Shown: piece after piece, positions 61,450-64,000 of the stretch
Layout of the letters: the number at the start of each line of letters is the position of its first letter
How positions within the stretch are numbered: position 1 is the first letter of the stretch
Source: Nitrosopumilus sp.
GTDB lineage: Archaea > Thermoproteota > Nitrososphaeria > Nitrososphaerales > Nitrosopumilaceae
Assembly (NCBI GenBank): GCA_965204345.1
Contig: OZ241981.1
Span: 1,824,001 to 1,888,000, forward strand
Direction: 5' to 3'
Length of the DNA stretch: 64,000 nucleotides
Notes under the pieces: model-generated
What the model saw: only the letters and a program-made list of their open reading frames with translations
Databases searched by the model: none
Told to the model about the DNA's origin: nothing
Made by a program: the position numbers and the translations under genes

Positions 61450-61950
61450 ATGCCAATTGGACCAGAAGTTTCCTCAAAGATAACTGTAAGTTTGGATTAG
61501 CAAGAAGCATTTGATAAAATAATTGGCATTATCAAAAAAGATACAAAGTTTTCCATACAGTCACAAGTTAGGCCAACAAAGATAACTGCATATGGTGGAC
61601 GTGGACCATCAAAACTTACAAAGGCAACGCTAGGAGCCGTAACCTTTGGGACGATTGCTATACTATCACACTACTCATCTCCAAAACGAATTGCCACCAT
61701 CTTCCTCAAGAAGCATACCAATGCAACAAAAATTACAATCCAAACAGAGGGATGGACAGATGGAGATTCAAGAGTCGCAACTTTTGTAAATATAATAATT
61801 GAGGAATTGATGAAATATGAAATAGATGATGATGAAAAAATCGTACAAAATGTACAAAGTGATGATCCGATAACAATTCTTAAGACAAGATATGCAAAGG
61901 GTGAAATAACAAAAGAAGAATTTGAGGAAATGAAAAAGAATTTAGAATAA
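61450..61950 (+). pseudogene. SHOCT-domain protein with in-frame TAG at codon 17
   Basis: ATG 61450, TAG 61498-61500, frame continues to DDPITILKTRYAKGEITKEEFEEMKKNLE-TAA. Confidence 0.7.
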
Positions 61951-62279
61951 AAAAGTCTCGTGATTGCCTTAAGAAAAGAATTTACAAAAATCGATTTTGA
62001 TTTTTTGGACTGGCTCTAGTTTCAGCAAAGCTGAAATCCACGATCAAATAATCATCATCAGGCATTTTGGGAAATCCAAGCAAGTACTATAAGAAAAAGA
62101 ATTTGAAAAACAAGTGACACAGAACGTCTTTTCTAAGTACTCATGCCGGATGAACTTGGACATGTCTAAAACTATCGGCAGGACACAATTTATGAAAATT
62201 CTACACTACACTCAAAAAAAAAACAAACGTATCGGCAGCTTCTCAAAAACGAAATCTGCATTTCTAGTTCCTTACAAGA

Positions 62280-62669
62280 GTTTCAATCTTTATAATTTTA
62301 GAATTCTATTCAAACAAGGGATGGATATGCCATTAGGATGAGTATGATAGAGTCTCAATCTTTATAATTTTAGAATTCTATTCAGTATGGAATAAATTGG
62401 ATGTAACAATGGATACAAAGTCTCAATCTTTATTATTTTAGAATTCTATTCAGACTTAGGTGTCCATGTTGCAGTAATATGTTACGAACGTTTCAATCTT
62501 TATTATTTTAGAATTCTATTCAGTTGAAAACTATGACATTAGCAAGGGTGGCATAGAAAACGTTTCAATCTTTATAATTTTAGAATTCCCCCACAGCATC
62601 AACTGTGTGACCATATGCAATGGCATAGAAAACGTTTCAATCTTTATAATTTTAGAATTCTATTCAGAG
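62280..62669 (-). CRISPR. CRISPR array, 6 repeats / 5 spacers
   Basis: GT(T/C)TCAATCTTTAT(A/T)ATTTTAGAATTCTATTCAG at 62280, 62352, 62420, 62490, 62562 (truncated), 62634; ends ATTGAAAC on the minus strand. Confidence 0.95.
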
Positions 62670-62746
62670 CCTCACTTTTTCCTGCATTTGCATAATCAAG
62701 GACATATTTTAACTGTTTTTTCCTGCACGTGACAATTATCTGAAAA
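62670..62746 (-). promoter_or_regulatory. Putative CRISPR leader
   Basis: Non-coding stretch between cas4 stop and first repeat in the inferred direction of transcription. Confidence 0.55.
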
Positions 62747-63334
62747 TTATTGAGCGCTATTTAATGAGCCGACATCGCATACCTTGCGATAGCAGCAATC
62801 ATGGCACTTGCTGCCATAACTGGCATCAGGTATCAGGCCATCACCAATTACCTGCCGGGTCTGCTCTAGCATTTCCAAGGCAAACTTGCGCATCTTCTCA
62901 TCAATGTTTACCGTAACCTGCTTTCTGGTATTGTTGCTTGCATATATTAAAATCCCTACCTTTACGGGTTTGCCAAATGTCTCCTCTAAAGCAACTGCAA
63001 GCAATCCGAGCTGAACCCTTACTGTGTCATAAATTTTTACATATTTTGAGTACTTTCTCTCCACTATGATTATCTGGCTGTCAGTTATTATGGCGTGGTC
63101 TACAATGCCTACAAAGTCATGCTTTGATGAGTACATCTTGAGTGAAGTAACCTTTTTTCCGTCTAAATTTTTTGGAATATAGTCTCTGTTTATTGCCTCT
63201 GATGTCTTGTGATATTTTTTGCCAGCAGATACTGCCCCCCGTTTCTGCTCATACTGTGCAAGACCTGCAACTGTCTCAAAGTATGTAAATCTGTGACAAA
63301 AGACATATTCGACTACCATAGTTATATTGATCAT
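62747..63334 (-). CDS. cas4: CRISPR-associated exonuclease Cas4
   Basis: EYVFCHR, GIVD, VERK, QL, C-terminal CHDCCYRKVC Fe-S motif. Confidence 0.93.
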   Translation of the reverse strand: MINITMVVEYVFCHRFTYFETVAGLAQYEQKRGAVSAGKKYHKTSEAINRDYIPKNLDGKKVTSLKMYSSKHDFVGIVDHAIITDSQIIIVERKYSKYVKIYDTVRVQLGLLAVALEETFGKPVKVGILIYASNNTRKQVTVNIDEKMRKFALEMLEQTRQVIGDGLIPDASYGSKCHDCCYRKVCDVGSLNSAQ

Positions 63335-63634
63335 TTAAAACACCATTGATGGCCTGTTGCCTGTTACATACTCTGCATCAAAGTCCCTTCCCAAGGTTAT
63401 GACCTTGCCAAAGCACTGGCTGCAGCTGGCAATTAGGTAAAAAGAGTCCTCCTCCTCGTTTATGACCGCCTTTATCTTCTCTAGCAGATCTGTTTTTTGC
63501 TGGTTGTTCATAATGCCACAAAAAACACTCTTTTGGATTCTGGTAAATCCCGCATCCTTTAAGATTTGGATGGTTGATTGGCGGGTGCTATCATCTACAA
63601 TATCGTATATTGCATAGTAAATCATCCTGCTCAT
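63335..63634 (-). CDS. cas2: CRISPR-associated Cas2
   Basis: YAIYDI, RIQKSVF, DSF..CSQC; ATGA overlap with cas1 stop. Confidence 0.95.
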   Translation of the reverse strand: MSRMIYYAIYDIVDDSTRQSTIQILKDAGFTRIQKSVFCGIMNNQQKTDLLEKIKAVINEEEDSFYLIASCSQCFGKVITLGRDFDAEYVTGNRPSMVF

Positions 63635-64000
63635 GATGCTGCTGCCCTGTCCAGTCTTAGCAAGTCTGCTGTCATATCCTTGCAGTACTTCCACACTGTC
63701 TTTTCCACTATTTTTTGGCAGTCTTGCTTATAGGATGAGATCAGACTGGTCCTGCCAGTCTTGCTTAGTTGCATGGATGCAGTTACTGTCAAATCTTTTG
63801 AAAACCACCCATCATTTACAATTTTTCTATTAAACAGTGATAGCAATACCCTGTCAATTACCGGTCTGCACGGCTCTATCAGGTCATAGGCAAGTGTCGG
63901 TTTGCCATAATGGTCCTTGTGATAGAATCCTGAATTGGGATCCAGTCCGCAGAGAATTATCACCTTCTCCACACTAGAGTATGTCAGGCCATACATGTAG
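63631..64000 (-). CDS. cas1: CRISPR-associated Cas1, C-terminal part (runs off the window)
   Basis: GLDP..GFYH....KPTLAYDLIEPCRPVIDR. Confidence 0.93.
   Translation of the reverse strand, partial: YMYGLTYSSVEKVIILCGLDPNSGFYHKDHYGKPTLAYDLIEPCRPVIDRVLLSLFNRKIVNDGWFSKDLTVTASMQLSKTGRTSLISSYKQDCQKIVEKTVWKYCKDMTADLLRLDRAAAS

Noticed and set aside
27076-61500. Genome-wide TAG recoding (two in-frame ambers)
   Set aside because: Conserved genes such as eIF5A end normally at TAG, and many other lesions indicate ordinary pseudogenisation.
62280-62669. Self-targeting spacers
   Set aside because: No convincing match within the window by eye; a proper search was not possible.
63631-64000. Casposon Cas1
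   Set aside because: cas1 is coupled to cas2, cas4 and an array; no PolB seen in the window.

Overview
Chromosomal segment of an ammonia-oxidising archaeon (Nitrosopumilaceae-like). This assignment is inferred from archaeal-type aro genes, SRP54, eIF5A, S24e/S27ae, an intron-containing tRNA-Tyr and Nitrosopumilus-style signal peptides. Four parts: (1) 1-14.8 kb is an accessory island ending at tRNA-Tyr, with secreted-protein/partner gene pairs, a NarX/PilJ-like two-component system preceded by an unusual repeat array, ureEFGD, decayed genes and several dispersed intergenic repeat families. (2) 16.4-30.8 kb holds a 2660-aa metallopeptidase/Ig-repeat surface protein, an IS481-family element with long flanking direct repeats, and an amber-interrupted multidomain subtilase. 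(3) 30.8-58.2 kb is core metabolism (translation, thiamine, shikimate/chorismate, futalosine pathway), with a candidate structured ncRNA between aroA and aroC. (4) 58.4-64 kb has a tandem hairpin repeat, an atypical tyrosine recombinase, a 5'-truncated cas6b, a two-repeat mini-array, a 6-repeat CRISPR array with an apparently mis-registered spacer insertion, and cas4, cas2 and partial cas1 (type I-B-like). Best candidates for new biology: the repeat-delimited secreted-protein cassettes, the 5.6-5.9 kb array, the integrase/cas6/mini-array junction and the ncRNA. All calls come from reading motifs by eye; no database searches were run.
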